Assembly (NCBI GenBank): GCA_963846575.1
Contig: CAWJWJ010000002.1
Span: forward strand, 2,272,001 to 2,336,000
Direction: 5' to 3'
DNA: 64,000 nucleotides
Origin: an uncultured Nitrospiraceae bacterium
GTDB lineage: Bacteria; Nitrospirota; Nitrospiria; Nitrospirales; Nitrospiraceae
Shown here: positions 9,346 to 18,890 of the stretch, in pieces
How the letters are laid out: each line of letters begins with the position of its first letter
Numbering within the stretch: position 1 is the first letter of the stretch
Position numbers and translations under genes: made by a program
The notes under the pieces: model-generated
The model's input: the letters and a program-made list of their open reading frames with translations, nothing else
What the model was told of the DNA's origin: nothing
Database searches by the model: none

Positions 9346-10563
9346 CTAGTCCTCGCTCAGCACGGACGCATAGACCCGCTCGAGTTCGCCGATGTGGTCC
9401 GGCAAAGAACGAGGGTTCTTCCAGTACCGGTGATAGGCCGCCGTACCCAGGCGCTGCACGAGGTGGTCGTCTTGAAGCCGCGCCATGGCCGCTTGTAAAG
9501 CCAATGCGTCACCGCTGCGAAAGTGCAGACCGGTTTCGCCGTCGATCACAAGGTCCCGAGCCGCGCAGGAGTCGGCCACGATGGCGGGTATGCCCATAGC
9601 CGCCGCCTCCAGCACCACCAGCCCCTCCGTCTCATACCATAAGGAAGGAAAGACGAGGGCCCGTGCTCCCGCCAACTCCTTCATCGCGTGGTCGTGCGGA
9701 ACCCAGCCGGTGACGGTCGCCCGCGGCGCAGCACGGCCGATGTCGGCCAGACTTTCTCCTCCTCCGACGAACCGGACGTTCCAGCCGGTCTTGCCCGCGA
9801 CGGAGGCCAGCAGGTGCGGGCCCTTTTCCCGAGACATTCTGCCGACCATCACGTAGGCGGAACTCTCCTGCGGCGAAGCGGGAAGCCCCTCGGGCACCTC
9901 GATCATGTTCGGCACCCGATGGATCGCCGTCCCGGGGGCCAGGTGCGGCTCCAGGATCCGGCGGCTGAACTCCGAGACGACGACGACGTGGCGGATCCCA
10001 TCCGGCACGAGGCCCCACTGCTTCTGAACGACCTGCCTCGCGACCCGCCATAACTTCTGGGCATAGCCGCGCCGGTCACAGCCTTCGCTGACACAGGCCG
10101 GCGAGAGCGGCTTCAGCAGGCAGATTTCATCGCGCGGATGGTTGTAAAAGCCTCCGTTGGGGCAGGCGGATACATAATCGTGCAGGGTGCAGACCACCTT
10201 CGCACCCATCGACAGCGCGGCGCGAACCACGCTCGACGAGAGGACCTTGTCCCACCCATGGACGTGGACGATGGTGCTCCGGAGATCCATCGCGCGCAGC
10301 AGCTGCCGCATGGCGTTCGCGGCGCTGACGTTCCAGATCCCCTGGACCATGGCCCTGGTCCGGCGGGGATCATCGCCGATGGCATACTGCCCTGTACAGA
10401 CCACTCGGACCGGGCTGGACCTGATGCAGGGCTCAACCGGACCGGCTCCGGCAAAGAGGGTCACGGCATGCCCCTGGTTGGCAAGGCCGACGGCGCTGGC
10501 CAGGGCCACCGCGGCATTGCCGCCGTTGACGTGGGCAAAATCGCTGACTACGACGACATTCAC
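9346..10563 (-). CDS. GT4 glycosyltransferase
   Basis: TLHDY..CP, VGRMSREKG and SLWYETEGLVVLEAAAMG motifs. Confidence 0.88.
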   Translation of the reverse strand: MNVVVVSDFAHVNGGNAAVALASAVGLANQGHAVTLFAGAGPVEPCIRSSPVRVVCTGQYAIGDDPRRTRAMVQGIWNVSAANAMRQLLRAMDLRSTIVHVHGWDKVLSSSVVRAALSMGAKVVCTLHDYVSACPNGGFYNHPRDEICLLKPLSPACVSEGCDRRGYAQKLWRVARQVVQKQWGLVPDGIRHVVVVSEFSRRILEPHLAPGTAIHRVPNMIEVPEGLPASPQESSAYVMVGRMSREKGPHLLASVAGKTGWNVRFVGGGESLADIGRAAPRATVTGWVPHDHAMKELAGARALVFPSLWYETEGLVVLEAAAMGIPAIVADSCAARDLVIDGETGLHFRSGDALALQAAMARLQDDHLVQRLGTAAYHRYWKNPRSLPDHIGELERVYASVLSED

Positions 10564-10599
10564 AGACGCTCCATCGATCGCTCCGCTCCGGCAGGCTCC

Positions 10600-11769
10600 T
10601 TATGCCGACCGGACACCAAGCTGGGCAAGGACGGTTGAGACCCGCTCGCCCCAGTCATGCGCCGCCGCATAAGATTGCAACGCGCCGCTGTCAGACCGAT
10701 TCGACAGGGCCCGCTCGATCGCCGAGACAAAGTCCTCCGTCCCGCGACACAATTGGGCCGGGCTCTTGAGATGGGTCAGTTCCTCCCACTCGACCGCCAC
10801 CACCGGCAGCCCGCAGGCGAGGTATTCATACAACTTGAGAGGATGGATGCTCCGGACCAGATTGGCATGGTGCTCGACGTCGAACGGAATGAGTCCGACA
10901 TCGGCGTGGTACATGTACGGTGGCAGCTCGTCATAGGCCCGCCGCCCGAGCAAATGGATGTTGTCGCGCCGGGGCAACCGCTGTCTGGCCAACCCGTCCG
11001 GACCGACGAAGACAAACGACACCCCCGGCAACCGTGCCGCGACCTCGCCCATCAGAGGGTAGTCGAACCAGGTATCCATCGCGCCGACGTAGAGTGCGAT
11101 CGGCCGAGGAATCCGCACATATTCCGGAGGCACCGTCCGGCTCCCCTGGCTGAAGTGCGCATAGTTCACCCCGTTCGGCAGGTAGGCCATGGCCTTGGGC
11201 AGCAGGGACTTCACATGACCCTCCAGGCTTGTCGCGGCATAGACGACCAGATCCACCGACCGGGCAAGCTCCCGTTCCAGTTCCAACGCCACCGCCGTCG
11301 TTTTCTTGAAGCCCGACAGGGCATCCGCGATGCGGTAGACCGACTTCCCGGCGCTGACCTGCTTTACCCACCCCTGGTGGACGACACTGTCGCAATACAG
11401 CAGGTCCACCTCGCCAAACCCCCTGCGCTGCAGCGTCTCGAGAAGACGCGGGCGGCTGAAGCGTTCCCATCGCTCGGCGATCCAGCGCTGGTCAAGGACC
11501 GGTTTGTTATGGGGGGTGAACAGGGCGCCGGGAACGTAGGTCCAGAGCCGGCCGGCACAGTCGCTCACGCCGCCGCTCCGGTAGATCCGATGGCGCTCCT
11601 TCAACTCCTCCGAACGTCCACCGAGGACGTGCCAGGGACTGATCGGCTCCGAGACAAACCCCACCTCCCAGCCGGCCTTGACGAATCCTCTGGCAAGATG
11701 ATGACTGCCCACCTGAAAGGGCGAATGCCACTGGTTGACGGTGGCCATGAGCACACGCTTGCACGTCAT
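10600..11769 (-). CDS. GT-B glycosyltransferase (GT4-like, TuaH/GumK-like)
   Basis: LPNGVNYAHF, YVGAMDTWFD, DVGLIPF and PLKLYEYLACGLPVV motifs; start placed at ATG 11769. Confidence 0.85.
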   Translation of the reverse strand: MTCKRVLMATVNQWHSPFQVGSHHLARGFVKAGWEVGFVSEPISPWHVLGGRSEELKERHRIYRSGGVSDCAGRLWTYVPGALFTPHNKPVLDQRWIAERWERFSRPRLLETLQRRGFGEVDLLYCDSVVHQGWVKQVSAGKSVYRIADALSGFKKTTAVALELERELARSVDLVVYAATSLEGHVKSLLPKAMAYLPNGVNYAHFSQGSRTVPPEYVRIPRPIALYVGAMDTWFDYPLMGEVAARLPGVSFVFVGPDGLARQRLPRRDNIHLLGRRAYDELPPYMYHADVGLIPFDVEHHANLVRSIHPLKLYEYLACGLPVVAVEWEELTHLKSPAQLCRGTEDFVSAIERALSNRSDSGALQSYAAAHDWGERVSTVLAQLGVRSA

Positions 11770-11789
11770 CGGCAATCTCTCCTGGCCCG

Positions 11790-12638
11790 TCACTTCCTGG
11801 CGCGCACCGCGATGAACCATCCCCAACGATCAGGAAACAAGGGGTGCAGCCAACGGGGGAACCACGAACGGTCATAAGGAGTCAGGATCTGCGTGCTGTC
11901 GCAGGACGCAAAATCAGACCACAGGTCCCGGACTTCGTCGATCGTGTAGGCTTTGGTGCCGGGACTTTCCATGTGGTTTGCCACCAGTTCCGTCGCCGTC
12001 CGCCAGGGCCGCCCCTTCAGCAAGCCGTGCTTGATCCATAATTTGAAAACGACGAGAGACCGGCGGGCATAGACCATTCCGATGAACCGGCCGTTGGGCT
12101 TCAACACCCGCCGGATTTCCCGGATGATCCGTTCCGGCTGAGCCGAATGATGGATCACGCCCCAGGAGTAGACCACATCGAAGGAGGCATCCGGAAACGG
12201 AAGCGTTTCGGCATCGATCCGCTGCAGGTTCGAGGTGAGCCCGTGCAGAGCCAGATGCGCCCCGGTGGTGTCGATGGCGCGCTGAGTGAGGTCCACACCA
12301 TGACAGACCGCTCCGGCGCGAGCCCACTGCAGATGGTCGGTCCCGGCCCCCACCCCGACCTCCAGCAACACCTTCCCGCGATAGGTGGGAAACTCCGCGA
12401 TGGCATGGATACAGGGCTCCATGGCATACCGGTGCCGCTCGACGCGCGCAAACCACTCGCGGCTCAACTCCGGCAGGTCCCCCACGATGGTCTGGTAGGT
12501 GCCGCAGGCCTCACGATCCCAATAGTGCCGCACCTTTTCGTTCTGGTGTGCCCCGGAACGGGCTACGGAGTCGTCCGGCTGCGTCACCGGAGATACAGCG
12601 TTTCCCCTCTCCTCTGCCTCATTTCTCGTAATGGTCAT
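11790..12638 (-). CDS. Class I SAM-dependent methyltransferase
   Basis: LLEVGVGAGTD, DAETLPFPDASFDVVYSWGVIHH and RVLKPNG motifs; GGGGAAGGGG RBS before ATG 12638. Confidence 0.88.
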   Translation of the reverse strand: MTITRNEAEERGNAVSPVTQPDDSVARSGAHQNEKVRHYWDREACGTYQTIVGDLPELSREWFARVERHRYAMEPCIHAIAEFPTYRGKVLLEVGVGAGTDHLQWARAGAVCHGVDLTQRAIDTTGAHLALHGLTSNLQRIDAETLPFPDASFDVVYSWGVIHHSAQPERIIREIRRVLKPNGRFIGMVYARRSLVVFKLWIKHGLLKGRPWRTATELVANHMESPGTKAYTIDEVRDLWSDFASCDSTQILTPYDRSWFPRWLHPLFPDRWGWFIAVRARK

Positions 12639-12698
12639 TCCCCTTCCCCCGCCCGCGGCGCGATGGTCCATCCCTTTTGGCCCGTGACGTCGCTAGTA

Positions 12699-14000
12699 TC
12701 ACATGGACGTGGAGGCCATCGCGAGGGTATCCCAAAATGCTCTTCGCACCCGCTCGGCATCGTGCCGCGCCAGAGCCACGCGTTGCGCTTGCCGCCCGAG
12801 CCGTTCGCGCAGCGCAGGAGCATTCATCAACAACGTCAGCGCCTCGATGACTGCCTGTTTCCCCTGCTCGGAAACTACGTGCGCCCATTCCTCGCGAGCG
12901 GCGTATCTGGCCGTTGCCACATCCGCCGGCGCATAGACCAGGATCGGAGTTGCTGACATCATGTAAGCCGGCGCCTTCGTCGGAAGCGAGAGCCGGATAT
13001 AGCGCGCACTGCGCGTATCAAAGTTGTATGGCAAGATCAAGAGGTCCGCGCCTGCCAGCAATCGCGGGACGAGGTCGGGGTCCGGGGGGCCCTCGATCGA
13101 GAGGACCTCCGGCGGTAGATTGAGCCCTCGAAGATACTCGGCATCGGCCTTCGGAGAATGGATCCGCAGTTGGATCTTCCGGCCGGCTCTCCACAACTCC
13201 GCCACCGCGTTCGCGATGTCTTCAAGGCTGTCTTTTTGTCCGTCCCTGACGATCGACCCGACATAACGCACGATAAACGGGCTGTGCGCCTGCCATGCCT
13301 TCCGTGCGTGCGGGAGCCATTGCGCAGGCTCCAATGCATTCTGAAACGCGTGAAACCTATACCCATATCGGCGCTGGTACTCCTCACACATTTCCTCACA
13401 GATCGCCAACCGCACCCGCGCCTCGTTCAACGTGCGGGTCAACTCATGCCTGACGAGCGGTCCCATGATCGGACTCAGGAGCCCCCTCGTATGCAGCACG
13501 GCAGGCCAGTCATCCATCATGTGCACCACCATCGGCAGACCGAAGCGGGCGGCCAGGGAGCGCATTAACGTCATCTGCTCCAGCGAGCCGAGAAACCCGT
13601 ACAGCAGGGTCGGGCGAAACCGCTCGACCCACTCGATCAAGGCCGGTGTCAGCCTGGCCCGTTTCGGCGCCCCCTCACCCAGGACCCGTTTCACGGCCCC
13701 GAGCCAACTCCCCGCACCCGGGGCGGGGACGGAGGCGCCGGTTGCCTGGACCTGTCGTTTCTTCTGCCCGTACCAGACGCGCACCAGGGAGAAGGGCCAC
13801 AGCCAGCGGATCTCCGCGTCCGTCAACCGATAGAAGGTGCGGCAAACCGTGTGGTCTTCAGGCAACGTATCTTCATGGAGATTCGCCAGGCGTTCGTGCG
13901 GCCAGCCGCGAAAGAGATTCGTCAGGGTAATCCCGCCGCCGGTGACGAGGTTGAAATTGTTGGAGGTGACGACGAGCACCCTGGGCAGGTCGCCGCTCAT
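12699..14000 (-). CDS. GT-B glycosyltransferase (divergent GT4-like)
   Basis: GGGITL, HMMDDW, YVGSI, ADLLILP and SLPTKAPAYMMSATPIL motifs; ATGA overlap with the upstream methyltransferase. Confidence 0.75.
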   Translation of the reverse strand: MSGDLPRVLVVTSNNFNLVTGGGITLTNLFRGWPHERLANLHEDTLPEDHTVCRTFYRLTDAEIRWLWPFSLVRVWYGQKKRQVQATGASVPAPGAGSWLGAVKRVLGEGAPKRARLTPALIEWVERFRPTLLYGFLGSLEQMTLMRSLAARFGLPMVVHMMDDWPAVLHTRGLLSPIMGPLVRHELTRTLNEARVRLAICEEMCEEYQRRYGYRFHAFQNALEPAQWLPHARKAWQAHSPFIVRYVGSIVRDGQKDSLEDIANAVAELWRAGRKIQLRIHSPKADAEYLRGLNLPPEVLSIEGPPDPDLVPRLLAGADLLILPYNFDTRSARYIRLSLPTKAPAYMMSATPILVYAPADVATARYAAREEWAHVVSEQGKQAVIEALTLLMNAPALRERLGRQAQRVALARHDAERVRRAFWDTLAMASTSM

Positions 14001-14824
14001 GTCCCACCTGTGCCGCGGCGTTCGAGCAAAAACATCCAATCGGCCGCCCATGCAAACGGCAGGGCATCCGCCAGACGGTTATTGGCCCGGCACAGAGCCG
14101 GCTCGAACGGCGCCCAGCGAAACAACAGGTCCACGTAGGGGCCGCAGAAGAGCGTGCGGGCGCGTCGCTCCACGATGCGGAACCCGCTCTGCGAGAAGAT
14201 CCGTTCCAGTCGGCCGACGCGAAAGAACTGCACGTGCGTCGAATCCATGTTCAGGAACCCGGCGGACGGGACCGCCTCCGCGGCACCGGGGAGCCCAGCC
14301 GCCGGTGGCAGACTACGGGGCTTTCTCAGCCCCGCGTGAATGACCCGTCGGAGGAAGCCGTGCAGCCCCGTCCGCTCCAGCACCTTCTGCAGACTCGAGA
14401 GCCATTCGAAGGATCCGTAGCCGTTCGGCGTCGTAATAATGAGCCCGCCGCCTGCCGGCAGCAGCCGTTGGACGGTTTGAAGAAACTGCAGTGGTTCGTG
14501 CAGATGTTCGAGCACCTCGGAGCAGACCACGAGATCGAACTGCTGTCCCGCCGTCACCAGCGCGTCGATCTCCGCCACCTGAAACGAAAGGTTTGGCAAG
14601 CGATATCTCCGCGAGGCTTCGTCGATGGAGGCGGCATGAAAGTCGACCCCCAGCAGGCGATGGCCACGGCAGGCTAGGGGATAGGTGACATGATCGCCGG
14701 TTCCACAACCATAATCGAGGATCGACAACGATCGTTTCCCCGTCCGCTTCGCAAAGGCCGTAGTCCAGGACTCGATGGTCTCGAGCCGCTTCACGATTCC
14801 GTAGGAAGTCTCCGGGAAAGTCAT
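13997..14824 (-). CDS. Class I SAM-dependent methyltransferase
   Basis: ILDYGCGTG, FDLVVCSEVLEHL and ITTPN motifs. Confidence 0.88.
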   Translation of the reverse strand: MTFPETSYGIVKRLETIESWTTAFAKRTGKRSLSILDYGCGTGDHVTYPLACRGHRLLGVDFHAASIDEASRRYRLPNLSFQVAEIDALVTAGQQFDLVVCSEVLEHLHEPLQFLQTVQRLLPAGGGLIITTPNGYGSFEWLSSLQKVLERTGLHGFLRRVIHAGLRKPRSLPPAAGLPGAAEAVPSAGFLNMDSTHVQFFRVGRLERIFSQSGFRIVERRARTLFCGPYVDLLFRWAPFEPALCRANNRLADALPFAWAADWMFLLERRGTGGT

Positions 14825-14866
14825 GACTGACCTATCCCCACCCGCTGCCCTGCAGCCCTGACATCC

Positions 14867-16102
14867 CTAACCGCCATGCGTCACATGCCGGTAGAGCGCT
14901 TCGAACCGCTTCGCCTGCAGGCCCATATCGTACTCGGCCTCGGCGATTTCACGACAACGGAGTCCCAGGCGCCCTCGCAGGACCGCATCGTCCAACAGAC
15001 GGGCGATGCCCTGAGCAAGGTCACCGGCATCCTTGTAGCGTGCGAGATACCCCGTCTCCATGTGACGGACGACTTCTCCGACTCCGCCGACATCAAACGC
15101 CACGACTGGCGTTCCACAGGCCAGGCTTTCGAGCACACCATTCGGGAGGTTATCCGCGAGGGCCGGATGGACGAATACGTCCGCAGCCGAATAGAGCGTG
15201 GCCAACAGGTGGTCGTCCTTCACCATATTGATGGCCGTCACGGGAACGCCGGCCACCGTTTCCCATTCTCGCGCCCGGTTGCCAACCACCAACAGGCGAA
15301 AGCGTTTCCCGAACCGTTCCTTGAGCAGACTGACGGCCTCGGCCACGAACGTTCCCCCTTTCCGATAGGCTCGGGTTTCCACCGAGCTGAACAGGACGAC
15401 CTGCTCGTCCGGCGGTAGCCCCAAGACCTCGCGCGCAGCCGCCCGGCTGATCGGTCGAAAGAGGTGCACATCGATCCCGTTGGGAATCATCTCCAGCGGC
15501 CAATGGCCCACAAGCGGACTCTGCCTGGCCAGCCCGGCAATCCAACGGGAGGGGGCAACCAGGGTGACATTCGCGTTCGCATAGAGACGTTGCTTCGTCC
15601 GCCACAGCAACGCCGTTCGATCCGTCTTCAAGGGCGGTTCATCGCCGAGCAGCGGGCAAGACCCGCAGCCGGCCTTCCACCGGTCGCAGTCATAGGAATA
15701 ACAGCAGTGGCCTGTAAACGGCCACATGTCCGACAGCCGCCAGACGAAGGGCTTCCGCCGGCTGGCGACGCCCAGCACGGAGTGACTGAAATACCCGCCA
15801 TGCGTGTTGTACAGCTGCACCACGTCGGCAGCGCGAAACCAGGGATGCCGGAGCATCATCCAGCTGGACGGCAGGAACAGATACTGGAGGCTCAGGGCTT
15901 CGGTGGCCCGGCGGGCGGCCCAGTCTGCCGCCCGCCAGGGCAGAGTCCCCCAAATCGGTCCGGCATCGTGAGCATCGGGCACCTTCTGCGACACGAGCAT
16001 GCGCGATGTATGGCCCCGCTGGATCAGGCTGGAATGAATCCGATACGCGGCCCGTCCGGACCCGCCCAGATTGTACTCGGTACTGAGGTGGAGAATGTTC
16101 AT
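14867..16102 (-). CDS. GT4 glycosyltransferase (WcaC-like)
   Basis: GGSGRAAYRIH, WRLSDMWPFTGHC..C...CGSCPLL, PNGID and DNLPNGVLESLACGTP motifs; start placed at ATG 16102. Confidence 0.88.
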   Translation of the reverse strand: MNILHLSTEYNLGGSGRAAYRIHSSLIQRGHTSRMLVSQKVPDAHDAGPIWGTLPWRAADWAARRATEALSLQYLFLPSSWMMLRHPWFRAADVVQLYNTHGGYFSHSVLGVASRRKPFVWRLSDMWPFTGHCCYSYDCDRWKAGCGSCPLLGDEPPLKTDRTALLWRTKQRLYANANVTLVAPSRWIAGLARQSPLVGHWPLEMIPNGIDVHLFRPISRAAAREVLGLPPDEQVVLFSSVETRAYRKGGTFVAEAVSLLKERFGKRFRLLVVGNRAREWETVAGVPVTAINMVKDDHLLATLYSAADVFVHPALADNLPNGVLESLACGTPVVAFDVGGVGEVVRHMETGYLARYKDAGDLAQGIARLLDDAVLRGRLGLRCREIAEAEYDMGLQAKRFEALYRHVTHGG

Positions 16103-16139
16103 ATCGGTCTGGAGGGATGCGAACTCGAAATTGAGGTGT

Positions 16140-16880
16140 CTACTGGACACGTCGCCCGATAAACAGCAAGTGGGGATCGTCGTCATTTGCCGACGCGCCG
16201 GATACCAACCGCCGCAACTGCCGTAACAATCGTCCCGGCCGACGCGCGCCAAAATTCTCAGCCCGGCAGAGCAGCGTCGACATGCCGTACCCTTGTAACA
16301 GGTCAGGCAGCGTCGTCCTATCAAAGGCGCTCACGTGCTGCCAGGGATGGAAGACCCCGCCGCAGTCCGGGCACAGGGTGCTCACCCGTTCGAGATCTTC
16401 CCGGTGAGGCGTCGTCAATACCAGAAACCCTCCCACCCGCAGCAGGCGCTGAATTTCCCGCAACGTCGCTTCCTTTTGCGGCTCCAGCAAATGTTCGATC
16501 ACCTCAACCATGAACAGCACATCGACCGTGCCGGTCTCGATCGCACAAGGCAGTTCGTGAGCGACCGTCACTCCTCCGAATGTCTGGAACGATTCACAGC
16601 GTTTCCTAGCCTTCTCCGCCGAGTCGGGAGAAAATTCGATTCCCTCGGCACGGACGCCGAGCCGTAACAGGTGCTCGATGAGAAAACCGGGCCCGCAGCC
16701 GTAATCCACAACCCGTCCGGCCTGGAGCGGGACCCAACGACGTGCCACCTCGATCAGACGCGGACCGAACATCCCACTGAAGTACGAACGTTCCGCGTGG
16801 GGCGTGCTGGTCAGATAGCCCCAGAATCGACCGACCTTCTCGGCCGTCCATTGAACTCGATGCACATTAAACTGACTCAT
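16140..16880 (-). CDS. Class I SAM-dependent methyltransferase
   Basis: VVDYGCGPG, EVIEHL, LTTPH and CPDCGGVFHPWQH motifs. Confidence 0.85.
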   Translation of the reverse strand: MSQFNVHRVQWTAEKVGRFWGYLTSTPHAERSYFSGMFGPRLIEVARRWVPLQAGRVVDYGCGPGFLIEHLLRLGVRAEGIEFSPDSAEKARKRCESFQTFGGVTVAHELPCAIETGTVDVLFMVEVIEHLLEPQKEATLREIQRLLRVGGFLVLTTPHREDLERVSTLCPDCGGVFHPWQHVSAFDRTTLPDLLQGYGMSTLLCRAENFGARRPGRLLRQLRRLVSGASANDDDPHLLFIGRRVQ

Positions 16881-16907
16881 GGTCATCTGCGCTCCACGAA
16901 GGGCCCA

Positions 16908-18875
16908 TCAACAGAGATCTTGCCACGAGTAACTAGGGGTATCCCGTTCCCGTTGCTCGATGAATAACACATGCCAAATCTGGAACATCAACGCGGTCCA
17001 CACCTGGGCATGATAGTCGGCCCGCCCCTCACAATGCGGCCGCACATAGGCATCATAAAAGCCCGGGCGGAAGATGCCTTGCGCATGAAGGCGTTCCGGC
17101 GCGAGAAGCCGTTCGGCCAGGGGGCGCAATGGCTTTCGCAGCCACATCGCAGTCGGAATCACGAACCCCCGTTTCTTGGCCTGGAGGACGTCATCAGGCA
17201 TCAGATCGGCGACAGCCTTCCTCAACAAATACTTTGGATCCTCGGCTCTCGTGCGAATCTTTGATGGCACCCGGCACATCAGTTCCACAAATCGATGGTC
17301 TAGAAACGGCGTCCTGGCTTCGAGGGCATGCGCCATCGAGAGCCGATCGGTCATCAACAGAAACTCCTCGGGTAACTGACTGGCGAATGCGACAAATGCC
17401 GAGGCGTTTCTGGGATCCCTGCTCCCGGACGACTTGTAGAAGTCCTCGAGCAGGTCCGATGTGTCGGCCACGCCCTGCCCTGCCCCGTCGTCAAGAAAGA
17501 CCGTGCTCCGCTTCAGGTCGTCGGGGAAATAAAAAAACTCGTTGAAATAGCACCAGCGGAACGGGTCGTCTTTCAGCCTCGGCCAGTTCAGCCATTCGTG
17601 TTTCTTCCGGAAACCGACCATGCGGTCAGGCAGGGCCCGCAGGAGCGGAGCCAGCCTGCTCCACAGCGGCGCACACTGTCGAGCCGCAGCAGACGCGCCC
17701 TCCCCGCCCGGGCCGGAACCTGCCCCCCCAACACGCTCCAGTCTTCTGAAGCGGCCGTAATCGCCAAATAATTCATCACCCCCGCTACCCGTGAGTCCGA
17801 CCTTCACTTGCTGACTCATGAATTGGAACACATACCAAGAGGGGAGCCCGCCCCCATAGGGTTCATCAAGGTGCCAGACCATCTTCACAAGATCGCGCAA
17901 CAGCTCTGCCGGTTCAAGCACCAACTCATGGTGTTCGGTTCCCCACCGTTCCGCCACCTTTCGCGCCTGCGGCAATTCATTCAGTGACTCTTCGCCCGCG
18001 CCCGTAAATCCCAGTGAATATGTCCGGAGCGGGGCCGAGCCCAGTTCGGCCAAGAGCCCGACGATCGCAGCGGAATCCAATCCGCCCGAGAGTGAGCACC
18101 CGACGGGAACGTCGCTGAGCACCCAACGGCGGACCGCCTCTTTGAGTTCGTAGCGGATGAGCTCCGTCCATTCGGCTTCCGACCGGTTCTCCTCCCGTTC
18201 AAACGTCACCTGCCAGTAACGCCTGACCAGCATCTGCCTGCGGCGGAGATCGTATCGAAACCAATGCCCCGGGGGCACACGCTGAACGCCTTTCAGAATC
18301 GAGTCGGCCCCGGGGACGAAGCGAAGGCTCATGTAGTGAAAGAGGCTGTGCCGATTGATTTCGCGCGAGACCTCCGGCACCAGCAGGAGGCTCTTGAGCT
18401 CAGAAGCGAAGGCAAAGCGCGACGGCTGCTCAACGTAATACAGGGGCTTGATTCCCATCCGATCACGGGCCCCGAACAGCAGGCCACGCCGGCGGTCGTA
18501 CATCACAAATGCGAACATGCCGTTGAGATCTTCCAGCATGTCTTCCTGTTTCCGGTCATACAGATGGAGCAGGACCTCCGTATCGGAATTGGCGGTGACG
18601 AACACCGCCCCCTGAGCTTCGAGGCGCCGGCGAAGCTCCGGCGAATTAAAAATCTCCCCGTTGTACACCACCCATACCGATCCATCCGCGTTCGACATGG
18701 GCTGATGCCCATGGGCCACATCCAGCACGCTCAGGCGCCTCATCGCGAGCGCGACCCGGTTCGTCTCGTCGTGATAGATCCCTTCATCATCCGGGCCCCG
18801 GTGAACCAGCAGCCGGGTCATGGCCTTGATGTGGCTCGATGCCCCCTCCCCGACAAGTCCTGCGATCCCGCACAT
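16908..18875 (-). CDS. asnB: Asparagine synthase (glutamine-hydrolysing)-type amidotransferase, probably glycan amidation
   Basis: MCGIAG N-terminal Cys, HRGPD, NGEIFN, SDTEV, LSGGLDS, GGDELF and DRLSMAHALEARTPFLD motifs. Confidence 0.93.
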   Translation of the reverse strand: MCGIAGLVGEGASSHIKAMTRLLVHRGPDDEGIYHDETNRVALAMRRLSVLDVAHGHQPMSNADGSVWVVYNGEIFNSPELRRRLEAQGAVFVTANSDTEVLLHLYDRKQEDMLEDLNGMFAFVMYDRRRGLLFGARDRMGIKPLYYVEQPSRFAFASELKSLLLVPEVSREINRHSLFHYMSLRFVPGADSILKGVQRVPPGHWFRYDLRRRQMLVRRYWQVTFEREENRSEAEWTELIRYELKEAVRRWVLSDVPVGCSLSGGLDSAAIVGLLAELGSAPLRTYSLGFTGAGEESLNELPQARKVAERWGTEHHELVLEPAELLRDLVKMVWHLDEPYGGGLPSWYVFQFMSQQVKVGLTGSGGDELFGDYGRFRRLERVGGAGSGPGGEGASAAARQCAPLWSRLAPLLRALPDRMVGFRKKHEWLNWPRLKDDPFRWCYFNEFFYFPDDLKRSTVFLDDGAGQGVADTSDLLEDFYKSSGSRDPRNASAFVAFASQLPEEFLLMTDRLSMAHALEARTPFLDHRFVELMCRVPSKIRTRAEDPKYLLRKAVADLMPDDVLQAKKRGFVIPTAMWLRKPLRPLAERLLAPERLHAQGIFRPGFYDAYVRPHCEGRADYHAQVWTALMFQIWHVLFIEQRERDTPSYSWQDLC

Positions 18876-18890
18876 CCCTATCGATCCATC

